NCBI RefSeq assembly: GCF_006345805.1
Contig: NC_043012.1
Coordinates: forward strand, 6,758,001-6,822,000
Length of the DNA: 64,000 bases
Reading direction: 5' to 3'
Source of the DNA: Octopus sinensis
Lineage: Eukaryota
Shown: positions 1-14,464 of the stretch, in pieces
How positions within the stretch are numbered: the stretch's first letter is position 1
Layout of the letters: the number at the start of each line of letters is the position of its first letter
Position numbers and translations under genes: made by a program
The notes under the pieces: model-generated
The model's database searches: none
Told to the model about the DNA's origin: nothing
Seen by the model: only the letters and a program-made list of their open reading frames with translations

Positions 1-689
1 GTATTGGAGTGGTGTTGCTGTGTGAGTGGCATTGGAGTGGTGCTGATGTTTGAGTGGTGTTAGCATTGGAGTGGCATTGGTGGTGGACTGGCATTAGTTG
101 CGGAGTGGTATGGGTGGAAGAGCGGCAAAGCCAGTTATTGTGGTCATGCTGCTGATTCTGTTTGTTATCTTGGCCTTTGTGAAATTTCTGGTGACAATTT
201 CTCAGAAACTTTTAATCGGAAAATAATAATAAAAAAAAAGACCCTAATAAATGAATAAAAGAAAATATGCCCCACAACAAATGATATCAAAATAAAAGTG
301 AAATAAAAATAAGATAGAGAAAATATTAAGAAAAAACAGGGAAATAAAACTTTTAAAAAAATAATTGAAAAATAGGAAAACTGAAATATTGAAAAAATGT
401 TGAGATTACAAGACCTGGTTGGTGCTTGCTTTATACATTTTAGTTCTTGAGGTATATCAATATATATATATATATGTATATGTATATGTATGTATGTATA
501 TATAGGTATATATGATTTTAGTGACAGAAATAAGGGGTGAGGGAGTGTGGTGGGGTGGGAGGAAATGGACAGAAAGATGTTTGCAGACAGAAGTAATGGA
601 ATGTTTTGAAACGTGCACATGGTTGGTTGATGAAATAAAAGAGGAGGAAGAAAAAAAGAATATGTTTCATATTGATGTTAGACAGACAG

Positions 690-1522
<833 letters not shown>

Positions 1523-1914
1523 TTTACAGAGAAATAGTTAGCAAGTGAAATAAATAGATAGATAAAGGGAGACCGAAAGAGATAACTGGAATAGGAGGCA
1601 GGAGGTGTCGTGCGATTACGTCAATGTGCAGAAACAACAACAGTAACAACAACAACAACAATGGCATCAATGATGACAACGACAACGGCAACGGCAACAA
1701 CAACAATAATGAAAGCAGAGCAACAACAACATATAAAATATTGGCCAACAGCATTTTGCACAGTAATATTACGGTGAAGCTTTTGATCTAGCAACTCATG
1801 TTGGAACATCAAACAAAACCCGACTTCCCTTCACTAGTAAAAGACCAGAACCAGATTTACCAATGCTGTCAGTTAGAAACCCTTTGTGGTGGTCGTATTA
1901 TACCAGTGCTAACG

Positions 1915-2118
1915 AAATGATGACGGTGATGGTGACGGTGGTGGTGGAGGTGGTAGTGGAGGTGGTGATGTTCATGATGGTGGTGATGTTTATGATGGTG
2001 GTGGTGATGATGGTGGTTGTTGGTGGTGGTGGTGGTGGTGGAGATGGCAACACTGCTCTGATGCTGTTGACAATAATGCTGATGGTGATGAAGGTCATTC
2101 TACTGCTGCTGCTGCTAC

Positions 2119-2149
<31 letters not shown>

Positions 2150-2220
2150 GATGATGATGGTGATGATGGTGATGATGATCATGATGATGGTGATGATGAT
2201 CATGATGATGGTGATGATGG

Positions 2221-2261
<41 letters not shown>

Positions 2262-2759
2262 GTGATGATGATCATGATGATGGTGATGATGATCATGATG
2301 ATGGTGATGATGATCATGATGATGATGCTGATGATGATGATGATGATGCTGATGATGATGGTGATGATGATCATGATGATGGTGATGATGATCATGATGA
2401 TGATGCTGATGATGATGATGATGATGCTGATGATGATGGTGATGATGATCATGATGATGGTGATGATGATCATGATGATGGTGATGATGATGATGATGAT
2501 GATGCTGATGATGATGGTGATGATGATCATGATGATGATGCTGATGATGATGATGATGATGCTGATGATGATGGTGATGATGATCATGATGATGGTGATG
2601 ATGATCATGATGATGATGCTGATGATGATGATGATGATGCTGATGATGATGGTGATGATGATCATGATGATGGTGATGATGATCATGATGATGGTGATGA
2701 TGATCATGATGATGGTGATGATGGTGATGATGATGATGCTGATGATGATGATGATGATG

Positions 2760-2791
<32 letters not shown>

Positions 2792-2970
2792 CTGATGATG
2801 ATGCTGATGGTGGTGGAGATGGCAAGACTACTTTGATACTGTCAACAATAATGTTGATGGTGATGAAGGTCATTCTACTGCTGATGCTGATGCTGATGAT
2901 GATGCTGATGATGATGCTGATGATGATGCTGGTGCTGATGCTGGTGATGATGATGACGATGATGATGAAT
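1915..2970. repeat. (GAT)n trinucleotide array with GGT/CAT/GCT variants and higher-order periodicity
   Basis: Recurrent 21-bp ATGATGATGGTGATGATGATC unit; ~80-bp linker present at ~2035-2115 and ~2810-2890. Confidence 0.93.
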
Positions 2971-3225
2971 ATTGGTGATGGTTTAGTACCAACTAAAACG
3001 ACCAATAACTCTACTTTGATTTCTCTTCTTCTTTTCATCTTTCTCTTCATCTGTTTCAACTACACTATCAAGTGCGCTCTATGCTTTTTTTCTTTCCTTC
3101 TTTCTTTCTTCACTCTTCCACTCACTTCCTTTCTTCCTTTCTCTCTTTCTTTCTTTCTTTCTCCCTCATTCCTCATTCCTTATTTCTTGAGTCTTTGATA
3201 ATGGACATTGGTAGTCTTAACTTTA

Positions 3226-3530
3226 TTTTCCTCCTCCTCCTCCTCCTCCTCCTCATCATCATCATCATCATCAACATCATCATCAACATCCTCCTCCTCC
3301 TCCTCCTCCTCATCATCATCATCATCATCAACATCATCATCAACATCCTCCTCCTCCTCCTCATCATCATCATCATCATCATCAACATCATCATCATCAT
3401 CATCAACATCATCATCAACATCCTCCTCCTCCTCCTCATCATCATCATCATCATTCTCCTCCTCCTCCTCATCATCATCATCATTCTCCTCCTCTTCCTT
3501 CCTTTCTTCCTCATCCTCCTTCTGTGCCTC
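3226..3530. repeat. Compound (TCC)n/(TCA)n/(ACA) trinucleotide array
   Basis: Blocks of cctcct-catcat-caacat reiterated several times. Confidence 0.9.
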
Positions 3531-4273
3531 CATTCCAATGGCATGAATTCATACTCGATGGTGATGCTAACGATAAACGACGACGATGATGGCGGTAACA
3601 ATGATCATGACACGAATGTTATGGAGCACCATTCTAAAACTCAATAATTTCACTTTGATTCCTCCTCCTCTTCCTCCTCCTTCTTCTTCTTCTCCTTCCT
3701 CCTCCTCCTCTTCCTCCACCTCTTCTGCCTCCCCTCATGCCACCCCCATCTTCAGCATCGTATTCTCCACTTCGATCTCTTCCTCCTTTGCCAAAAATAA
3801 TACAGTGCATTTTCCATTCTTTGATAGCCCTCGCCTCCTTTCTCTTCGACCAAACAATCAAAAGAAATTGAGTCGAACGCTTAAAGTGGTATAAAATCAC
3901 ATGAAATTTCAATATTGGTCAGGTATGCCATGACTTAGTACTTAGAGTGCAACTAACTGCAAAGAACTGTCATCTTTGGTGCCATGGATCCTGGGTTCAA
4001 ATCCAACAATTATAAAAAATAGTTTTTTATAGTTTCTTTTATTTGTTTCAGTTATTGGACTGTGGCCATGCTGGGGCACTGCTATGAAGGGTTTTAGTCC
4101 AACAAATTGCTCCCAGTACTCCTGTTTAGATAGGTGCTGCTGGTGAGGGTTTTACAAGGTCAGAGTGTAAATCCTACTTCAACCTCTTTTAGACCCCTTT
4201 TAAGACATGCAGAGGAAATGTTGGGTCTGTTCTTTGACATGCTGGTCCTCACACAACACTTGACTCGACTGTC

Positions 4274-4631
4274 AGTCACGAATGACCGTGGGTGCACCTA
4301 AGAGGTTTTCCCCTGGGGAACATCTCTGGGTGGAAAATCACCTCACTGGCAAACGCACAACCTAAGGTTGTTATTATGGAAGACCAGCAGTTGCCCATGC
4401 ATACCAACCTCTTCTCTTCACGCCACCCATGTTATCTAAGGGAAAAGCAAAGGGGCCGATACAGCTTGGCACCAATGACGTCACGACTCATTTCTATGGC
4501 TGAGTGAACTGGAGCAGCATGAAATAAAGTGTCTTGCTCAAGAACACAACATGCAGCCAGGACCAGGAATCAAACTAACAACCTCATGATCGTAAGCTCA
4601 ATGCTCTAACCACTGAGCCATGCATGTTCAC
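4274..4631 (-). mobile_element. tRNA-derived SINE, family D1 (CORE-like block)
   Basis: Minus-strand tRNA-like head with A/B-box-like motifs, then a TGTGTTCTTGAGCAAGACACTT CORE-like block, then a tail shared with the copies at 8045, 16638 and 54761. Confidence 0.8.
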
Positions 4632-5534
4632 CACACAGCGCTAGAGTAATGTGAAATGAAGTGTTTTGCTCCAAGAACATATCACACCACCAGTCTGAGA
4701 ATTGAACCCATAATCTGACAATCATGAGGACAACACTCTAACCACTAGACCATGTACTTCCACATAGTGCTGTATGATTTGAAGTTATTACATTCTCTTA
4801 TTACAAGACTTTAGTTAAAGGCTGAAAGCAAGGCTGCAGATTGGTAGAATCATTGGTGCATTAAATTGAATGCTTTGGGGTATTCGTTCCAATCTCTGTG
4901 CACTGAGTTCAAATCCTGCTGAGGCCAACTTCACTTTTTCCTTCTTCCAGGGTTAGATAAAAGAAAAGTACTACCCTAGGGTGGTGAATTGATGAAGCTG
5001 GTAGAGCACCAGACTGGATGCTATGTGCCATCTGTACAACAGAGTTCTTTGTGTTCTAACCAAAATTTCTGTGATGAACCTGGTGTCAGGCTGCATTGAT
5101 TGGGCTTTTTCTTGGACAACATTAGAACAGTATTAGAAACATGAAGAGAGGAAATATGCATTGACAGGCAACTACAGACTTCCACAGAACCAAAACATCT
5201 GCTCAAGTCTGCACATATCACTGAAGAAATTGGGATCCACACTGATTGATTGAGGATCAAGTTAAAGGCAAACAGAAACCCTGTTGGAATCTGAACCCCA
5301 GGATATGAGATATTTCGGATTAGAACTCTTCTGTTTTCACCAAACTTGCAGCTTGAATTCATTTTGTTGCTTTTTTTTTCTTCTTTACCTGGGCATAAGA
5401 TCAATCACTATTTTTCTTTTTTTTTTTTTGTATGAGACTTGGCAGAATTGTGGGTGCTATATCTAGCATATTCTTGGTCAAGCTGGATGGAATGGAAAAA
5501 GTCAACTTTGGTATGGCTTGAACTCAGAAGACAT

Positions 5535-5576
5535 TCATCATCATCATCATAAAAATCATCATCATCATCATCATCG

Positions 5577-5610
<34 letters not shown>

Positions 5611-5718
5611 CATCCTCATCATCATCACCATCACTATCACCATCATCATCATCATCATCATCATCAGAAGAAGAAGAAGAAGAAGAAGAAGAAGAAAGAA
5701 GATATTCATCATCATCAT
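5535..5718. repeat. (CAT)n-(GAA)n compound microsatellite
   Basis: Direct reading; accounts for the His/Lys-rich ORF 5518..5886. Confidence 0.92.
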
Positions 5719-6983
5719 TGCTTTAACATACCCTTTTCCATGCTGGGATCAGATAGAGTTTATATTTTCCCTAGCAAGGTACCCTTCTTGTTACCAACCC
5801 TTACTTGCTTCCAAACAATACTGTGTTTCCCTGAGTGTAGATATGTTTCCAAAGAGTATTGGAAAGGAATTACACTGCTTGTATGACAGTGACACTCACT
5901 TACAACTATCATACAATACCAAGACAAGCAGACACAAAGCATACACATATACATGATGGCTTTTCTTTCTGTTTCCATTGACCAGCTTCACTCACAAGGC
6001 TTTAGTCGACCTGAGGCAATAGAAGAAGACACTTGCCTGTTGTGCCATGGAGTGGGATTGAACCTAAAACCAAGGGGTTGTGAAGAAATGTACTTAACCA
6101 CACAACCATGCCTTCAACTATAGAGAAATAAACATAGAGAGATAAAATAGTACCAGATCAAACAATCTACCATTGATATTTGATTCTCTGATTTTGAGTA
6201 AATTGCATTTTTCATATTTTTTTTTTTACAGAACTAGCAGTGACTACCAGCATCGACATCAGCAATAACAACAACAAGGACAAGAAGAAGAAGAACAACA
6301 ACAACAAAACATATTCTGGTGTGGTGGAAGTCCTCAATAACTTAAAAATATGGTTCATATGACACCAGGAAGTAGAGTGACAGAAAACGGGAAAGAACTG
6401 GATAAAATGTCAAAAAAGCACTTTGCTTCGTCTCCCGCAAGTTCTGCCTTCAAACCACCGAGGTCAATGTTCAAATTTTCCTTTCATCTTTCCTAGAATT
6501 AATATATAAGTACCAGTCCTATACTGGAATCGATTCAACTGCCTAAGCCCTTCTCTTAGCAATGTGTCAAAGCCAGAAATCCTATTACACTGACCTTAAA
6601 TGTCAATAAGTAAAGTTTTGTGTTTGTTTGAGATTGTTTTGAAGTTATATCTGATGTCGAGGGACCTAGATCATCTTCCTTTTAAAAATTGTTTTTCTTG
6701 GACTGAGACCATAAAATATGAAAGGTCCCTAACTGACTTTATTTTATGAAAGACATTTTAGTAGGGAGAGTATTTCAAAGGGTCAATTAGATTGTAATCT
6801 ATAATTATTCCTATTACGTAAATGTTAAAGGCAAAGATGAAATAAAAAACAGAAAGGAGGTGATATTAATAAAGCTTTTACAAGTTCTCTTTGATAAGAA
6901 CTTAACACATAATTGAGTATTAATATTAATATGTTTTTCTAAACAGAAACCTCTAAAAACACGGTTGTTATTTTGGCACAAGT

Positions 6984-7216
6984 TCATCATCATCATCATC
7001 ATCTTCGTTTAACGTCTGTTTTCCATGCTGGCATGGGTTGGACGGTCTGACTGAGGATTGGCTAGCCAGGAGGCCGCAACCAGGCTCCAATCTGATCTGG
7101 CAATGTTTCTACAGCTGGATGCCCTTCCTAATGCCAACCACTCTGAGAGTGTAGTGGGTGCTTTTTTTATGTGCCACTGGCACAAGAGCCAGTCAGGCGG
7201 TACTGGCATTGGCCAT
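6984..7216 (-). mobile_element. SINE-like element, family C (ATG-repeat tail), 5'-truncated
   Basis: Homologous to copies at 11253, 50975, 51816 and 56028; GGTTGGCATTAGGAAGGGCATCC box and (GAT)n tail. Confidence 0.85.
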
Positions 7217-7333
7217 GAAAAGCAATAACTTACTCCAATAATGAAGTTACATTTGCAGTTTCAATCCCTGATTGGAACAATTAGGAAACACTTAGCTCTC
7301 TATCTGTGGGCAGAGATGCAGAACCCTTTATTA

Positions 7334-7740
7334 CTCTCTCTTTTACTCTTTTACTTGTTTCAGTCATTTGACTGCGGCCATGCTGGAGCACCGCATTTAG
7401 TCGAGCAAATTGACCCCGGCACTTATTCTTTGTAAGCCCAATACTTATTCTATCGGTCTCTTTTGCCAAACCGCTAAGTGACGGGGATGTAAACACACAA
7501 GCATTGGTTGTCAAGCAATGCTAGGGGGACAAACACAGACACACAAACACACACACACATACATATATATATACATATATATGACAGGCTCCTTTCAGTT
7601 TCCTTCTACAAAATCCACTCACAAGGCATTGGTTGGCCCAGTGCTATAGCAGAAGACACTTGCCCAAGATGCCACGCAGTGGGACTGAACCCAGAACCAT
7701 GTGGTTGGTTAGCAAGCTACTTACCACACAGCTACTCCTC
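7334..7740 (-). mobile_element. tRNA-derived SINE, family A, full length
   Basis: Head with A-box TGGCTGTGTGG-like and B-box GGTTCAGTCCC, CTTGGGCAAGTGTCTT CORE-like motif, internal (TA/CA) tract, AAGAGTAAAAGAG tail; more than 20 whole or partial copies in the window. Confidence 0.9.
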
Positions 7741-8044
7741 TATTAAAGTTAACAGCTATCCAACAAGCTAGCATTCAAAATATGACAAAAAAAAAACCCC
7801 CAAAAAGATAATTACATTTGGCTGTGTGATTAAGGAGTCCATCTTTACAAGCATATGGTTTTAGGTTCAATCCTACTGTGGGACATCTTGAAGTAAATGT
7901 CTTCTGTTTGAGCACCAAAGCGATTAATGCTTTGGGAATGAATTCGGTAAATAGAAACTGTGTAGATGCCTCTTGTATATACATATATTCACAAATGCAG
8001 ACACACACACACACACACATATCATCATCATCATAATTTTGTGG

Positions 8045-8530
8045 CCCCCTTCAGTCAGGAATGACCATGGGATTGCACCTAGAAAGTTACCCGCCAAGGC
8101 ACAAGTCGGGGCAAGGTTGTTCATAGAAGACCAGCAGTCTCCCATGCATACCAACCTCTCCTCTCCCCACCACCGATGTTATCCAAGGGAAAGGCAAAGG
8201 CTGACACAGCTTGGCACCAGTGACATCACAGCTCATTTATTAACATGCAAGTGGCTGAGCACTCCACAGACACGTGTACCATTAACGTAGTTCTCGGGGA
8301 GAGTCAGCATGACACAGAATGAAATACAGGTACAACAGAAACAGGAAGAAAGAGAGAGAGAAAGTTGTGGTGAAAGAGTACAGAGGGTTCACCACCACCC
8401 CGTGCCGGAGCCTCATAGAGCTTTAGGTGTTTTCGCTCAATAAACACTCACAATGCCTAGTACGGCAATCGAAAACATGATCCTACGACTGTAAGTTTGC
8501 TGCCCTAACCACTGGGCTGTTGCACCTCCA
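8045..8530 (-). mobile_element. tRNA-derived SINE, family D2
   Basis: Same 3' tail as D1 but a different head and body (TGGAGGTGCAACAGCCCAGTGGTTAGGGCAGC...). Confidence 0.8.
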
Positions 8531-10704
8531 TTTAATGTCCATTTTCCATGGTGGCATGGATTGGTTGGTTTGACAGGAGGAGCTTTCCAGCTGAAGAGCT
8601 GCACCAGGCTCCAATTGTCTGTTTTGGCATCGTTTCAATGGCTGGATGCCCTTCAAGTTCAACACACACACACACACACACACGTGCATATATATATAAA
8701 AATAATAATATAAATATATGCATATATTCATACATATATGTACATATATATATATTATATATATATATATATATGTATGTATATATACATGCATATATGG
8801 GTACAGGACATCAAAAAAACATCGAACACAATGAGAAACGAAAACATAAAAACAAAAACATAGAAACAAACTTTTTTTCAGACAATGAAAAAAACAAACA
8901 CAGAAACGAGACATACAACATAAAGAATATTCCCCTTCTTCAGTTGTCCCTGTTCCAACTACTCCACATTTCGAAGGCAAGGACAAGACACGAGTAGGAA
9001 CAACAAGCAAGTGTGTGTGTGTGTGTGTTGTTTGTCTCCAAAGTCCTTGACATCCAGAGTTGATTTGTTTACCTTCCTACACATAGCAGTTCAGCTAAAG
9101 AGACTGATAGAACAAGTACCCCTTACCATAAATTACTTTCCCAAATTTAATCAGATTTCTGTTTTAAATACTATTGTAATTACTTCAAACAAATAATTAC
9201 AATGTCTAATTAGTTAAAAAAAAAATGAAAAAGATGGCTTTAACTTATCTCTTAACCATTTTCTTGTAGGAATCAGACACAGATTCACTTAGAATTTCAT
9301 TAGCCTCAATTCCAAAAGGCGGTTTTGTAAACAATTTCTCTTTTGTTCAGGAATGTCATGTTTGGAACTATTTTTTTGTTGAGATATATCTTTTACCGTT
9401 TTTTTTTTACTTTTTACTTGTTTCAATCATTAGACTGTGGCCATGCTGGAGCACCACCTTGAAGAATTCTTAGTTGAATAGATTGACCCCCTCCCCAGTA
9501 CTTAGTTGGCTTTTGATACTTATCCTGTTGATCTCTTTTGCCGAACCACTAAGTTACGGGGATGTAAACACACCAACACCAGTTGTCAAGTGATAGTGGG
9601 GGACAAACACACAGACACAATATTATACTATTATACTATTTTTTTACACCTGATGTCATTTATACTGACCAAGACCTTCACCACCTTCAGCATTCCACTG
9701 ACCATACCTAAATGTGGGACATAATAGTAATTGTACTAAGCATAGGGGTATGACCATAAAGTATGCCTATGTTCCACGCTGGCATGGGTTGGACAGGTCA
9801 GCAGGATCTAACTCAGCGAACGGCATTGAGCTCCAGGGCCTGCTTTGGCATGTGTTCTTTGGTTGGGTGCCTTCCCTAATGCCGACCACTTTATTGAGTG
9901 TCACACATCAGAAGCATTTTTTGTCATGGCACCGGCAAGACTAAAAGAATGGTAGTATTGTAGAGAGGGAGGTAGCATTATGTTACGTGTTGAGAAGGTG
10001 CATTATAATAGAAGGGTTAGAAACTGGTTTTTTGCTTTAGAGGAGATACACGGGTATCCTGCACTATATAAAGGTGGGTGGCCATAAATGGAGTGGAGCA
10101 GAAAGTTAGATAAAGATGGTGGTGACAAGGTGTCAGAGCATATACGTAAGATACAAGAAGAGGATGAGAAGAGAGAGGGGAGGCAGAAAATTAGGATGGG
10201 TGGGTGGGTAAAGTTTGTGAGTGTGTGAGAGGAGAATGAAAGATGGTTAGAGCTGGGTGGAGAGGTAAGAAATAAATGTGGTGAATGGTGAACAAGGGTG
10301 GAGGTGTGGTCGACTAAATATGAGTTGATGGGAGAAGGTAATAAGAAACAGAAGTGGCTCAGGGGAGAGGAGGTGATGACTGGCCATACACAGAGGGTAA
10401 AAAGTAGGATATTAAGAAAAGTGTGGCTAGGGTAGAGTCATGGATTTATGGATATCAGATAAACTGTTACTGCAGGGATTTGCCTCAATTTATACATTTC
10501 ATTTGGTTTGGTATTAATATTTACAGAGAAAAATTGCTATTTAACAATATTTTAGAAATCTAATATGTTATGTAAGCAAACCATCTCAAAATAGAATTGC
10601 ATCCATGGTTTAATAGGGAGATAAAGTAGTTTATTGCAATGGAATTAATGTAACTGGTTAATGTATTAGGAGGTATACTTTATGTATATGCATATATATA
10701 TGTA

Positions 10705-10888
<184 letters not shown>

Positions 10889-11219
10889 TATAATGGAAAT
10901 ATGTTTCAAAAAGAAAATAGAAACTACATGAGGAAAAAATATGGGGAAAATAAGAAAAAAGCAAAAATGCACATTGGATAAAAAAAAATAAAGGCTTTTT
11001 TATAAAAAGTAATGATAAATATATACAATTAGATATATATACATGCACATGTCATCACGTTTGTATATATATATATATGTGTGTGTGTGTACGTGTGTGT
11101 GCATGTGTGTGTATATGTGTGTGTGTATGTGTGTGTGTGTGTGTACATGTATGTGTGTGTGTGTGTGTGTGTGTATGTGTGTACGTGTGAAAGTTTGTAT
11201 ATGCGCAAATGCATGAGTG

Positions 11220-11252
<33 letters not shown>

Positions 11253-11590
11253 GTCGTCACCATTGTTTAATCTCTGCTTTCCATGCTGGCATGGGTTGGA
11301 CGGTTTGACTGAGGACTGGCAAGCCAGAAGGCTGCATGAGGCTCGAATCTGATCAGGCAAAGTTTCTACAGCTGGATGCCCTTCCTAATGCCAACCACTC
11401 CGAGAGTGTAGTGGGTGCTTTACATGCCACTGACACGAGAGCCAGTCAGGCGGTACTGGGGAAAACCATGCTCAAAAGTGCTTTTTGTGCCACCTTCACA
11501 GGAGCCACTCTGGTGGCACTGGCAACAACCACGCTTGAATGTTGTTTTCACGTGCCACTGGCACATGTACCAGTAAGGCAATGCTGGCAA
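11253..11590 (-). mobile_element. SINE-like family C with ~3 internal ~62-bp units
   Basis: Homology to other C copies. Confidence 0.85.
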
Positions 11591-11617
11591 GTATATATAT
11601 ATATAGATACATACATA

Positions 11618-11667
<50 letters not shown>

Positions 11668-11694
11668 GTATGTATGTATCTATATATATATATA

Positions 11695-12103
11695 GGTGCA
11701 GGAGTGGCTGTGTGGTAAGTAGCTTGCTAACCAGCCACATGGTTCTGGGTTCAGTCCCACTGCGTGACATCTTGGGCAAGTGTCTTCTGCTATAGCCCCG
11801 GGCCGACCAATGCCTTGTGAGTGGATTTGGTAGACAGAAACTGAAAGAAGCCTGTCATATATATGTATATATATATAAGTGTGTGCGTATATGTTTGTGT
11901 GTCTGTGTTTGTCCCCCTAGCATTCCTTGACAACCGATGCTGGTGTGTTTACGTCCCCATCACTTAGCGGTTCGGCAAAAGAGACTGATAGAATAAGTAC
12001 TGGGCTTACAAAGAATAAGTCCTGGGGTCGATTTGCTCGACTAAAGGCAGTGCTTCAGCATGGCCGCAGTCAAATGACTGAAACAAGTAAAAGAGTAAAA
12101 GAG
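11695..12103 (+). mobile_element. SINE family A, full length
   Basis: GGTGCAGGAGTGGCTGTGTGG head, GGTTCAGTCCC B-box, CORE-like motif, AAGAGTAAAAGAG tail. Confidence 0.92.
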
Positions 12104-12621
12104 TATATACAGACACATACACACGTATGTTTGTATGTGTGTGTGTGTGTATAAATGTATACATACACACAAATACATACATATATGCACGTGTATGTAA
12201 AACTGGTTGTTATTTTTTTATTCTGGTAGAGTAAAATATTTATAAAACAAAAATGCAACTTAAAGAATACAGTCAGTAACTTCATATTTTCATGAATAAA
12301 GCAAATTTGAGATTCATTAGAAAAACAATGAAGCTTGTCATCACCACCTCCACCACCACCACCACCACCACTGCCACCACCATCATCCTCATTTAACGTC
12401 CGTTTTCCATCCAGAAATATAATTCAAAAACTGGAATTGAGATTCATGACAAGGTTTGCAACAAAAATGTAAACCTATTGTTTCTTTATTGTTTTTGTTG
12501 TTGTTCTAATCAGAAGTAGAACCAAATAATTATGGGAAAAAAATATGATGGAATAATAAACAAATATCTAAATTTTATAGAGAAATATTGACATATAAAG
12601 TTGTGGAATAAATGGTTTGTA

Positions 12622-13895
12622 TTATCAAGTCATCCCATAAATTCTGTCCAAATTTTGAATAAAGAAAACAAGTGATCAAATGTTATATTTAATTGAAATT
12701 TAATCATCAATGTACTTTCCCTGCTTTTCTATGATTTCCTTACATCAATTTACAAGCTTTTTAATCCTGTCAATGTAAAACTCTTTTGGTTTCAAAGCGA
12801 AGAACTCTGAAATGTCAGTTTTAGCCTCCTCTTGTCTTGTGAAAGTTATTTCCCCCAAATAATTCTGTAAACTATGAAACAAATGGAAGTCTGAATGTTG
12901 GGAGAATAAGATGGATGAGAAATTTTTTTCCAATTAAGCTCTTCGATCTTCTGTGATGTGATCTTTACAGTGTGAGGTCACGCATTGTTCTGATGAAACA
13001 TCACACCTTTTCGCTTCAATAAAGCGGGTTTTTTTCAAAGCTTCCTTCAAACACTCTAATTGCTGACAGTAGACTTGAGCATTGATTGTTGCATTAGGTG
13101 GTAACAATTCAAAGTGAATTACTCCTTTGCAATCCCACCAGATAGAGAGAAGAACCTTTTCCCCATGAAGTTCCCTCCTTGGTTGTGGTTGAGCTTTTTC
13201 CCTTTTACCAAGCCACTGTTTACGACATTTAACATTTCGATAGAAGATCTATTTTTCACCACCAGTCACAAGTCTACCCAAAAAGGGTGAACTGAGTTTG
13301 CGAGAATGGAGGGAAGAGCAGATGTCAACTTGGGATTTGCGGTTGCTTTTGGACAATTCATGAGGCACTTATTTTCCAAGTTTAGGAACCTTTCCAAGTT
13401 GCTGCAGATGATGATGAACAGTTGTATGGTTTGAACTAAGCTTTATTGCCAATTCTTCAACTGATAATGCAGGATTTTCTTCAAGTAATGCCTCAAGGAG
13501 TTTATCACCAAACTCAACAGGATGTCCTGTTCGATCTTCAACTTCAAGGCTGAAATCTCCACTTTTGAATTTTGCAAACCATCTTCTGCAAGTTCTTTCA
13601 TTCAAGCATTCTTTCCCATAAACTGAGTGTATGTTTGGAGTCGCTTCAGCTGGAAAATCTTCCTTTTTTGTAGTCATAAAGCATTATGCACTTCAAATGC
13701 CCTTTGGATACTTCCATGTTAGAAAGGGTTTTAATCAAAGAAATTTTAATTCTGTAAAATAATATTTAATTAGTTTAAATGTACACTAATGCATAAAAAT
13801 AATTTCTAATTCCACTAGACATTCTAAAATATTAATAAATTTCATTCAATTTAAAAAAAGGCAAAATCGGACAGTACTTATGGGATGACCTGATA
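12622..13895 (-). mobile_element. Full-length (~1.27 kb) decayed mariner (DD34D-type) transposon
   Basis: ~28-bp TIRs TATCA(A/G)GTCATCCCATAA..CTGTCC at ~12622-12649 and ~13869-13895, TA-flanked; transposase remnant inside. Confidence 0.9.
12700..13717 (-). pseudogene. Mariner transposase pseudogene (stops and frameshifts)
   Basis: MEVSKGHLKCIMLYDYKKG start; HTH ERTCRRWFAKFKSGDFSLE; *VPHELS (WVPHEL); GGEK*IFY (GDEKW); HQNNA*PH (HDNARPH); SDFHLFHSLQNYL; GKYIDD* end. Confidence 0.9.
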
Positions 13896-13899
13896 TATG

Positions 13900-14224
13900 G
13901 ATATATATCTACATACACGTACACTTACATGTACACACACACACACATATGTACATACACACAGACATATGCATACATAGTTATATACACATGCATACAT
14001 ACATAAACACACATACGTATACACACATACATACATACATACATACATACATACATACACACATTCATACACACATACATACACACATATACACACATAC
14101 ATAGATATACATACACAGACATGCATACATACACATACATACACACATACATACACACACATACATACATACACATACATACACATACATACACACATAC
14201 GTATATACATGATATACATACATG

Positions 14225-14255
<31 letters not shown>

Positions 14256-14322
14256 GTACATACATACATACACACACATACATACATATATACATCCATA
14301 CATACATACACACACACACACA
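13900..14322. repeat. Degenerate (CA)/(TACA) microsatellite
   Basis: Direct reading; source of the VCMY/HTYI ORFs. Confidence 0.9.
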
Positions 14323-14464
14323 TGCTCAAAGGCACATCCATAATTGCTCTCTCTCTAAATATTTCTGCCAAAATAACTCAAACCCATAAACTGAGAAGAG
14401 ATTCTGCAGTTTAAGTTTATCGAAGTTTATCTACATCGGCTTATTCTCTCCGCATCAATTCATT

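Noticed and set aside
1-230. Possible minus-strand exon at the window start (FLRNCHQKFHKG...)
   Set aside because: One frame is open to the window edge, but it is low-complexity, has no recognisable motif and only an ambiguous acceptor.
2115-3059. 314-aa His-rich ORF (beak-protein-like?) and Met/Ile-rich ORFs
   Set aside because: Direct translation of the (CAT)n array; no Gly/Ala-His modules and no signal peptide.
5021-5404. 127-aa ORF in non-repetitive sequence
   Set aside because: No recognisable domain; the other frames are full of stops; possibly an unrecognised old LINE.
9940-10450. Purine-rich unique-looking segment
   Set aside because: No ORF, repeat structure or family I can support.
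11695-11780. tRNA genes in SINE heads (also 21348, 22985, 28848)
   Set aside because: A/B boxes are present, but the heads run into SINE bodies and lack proper acceptor stems.
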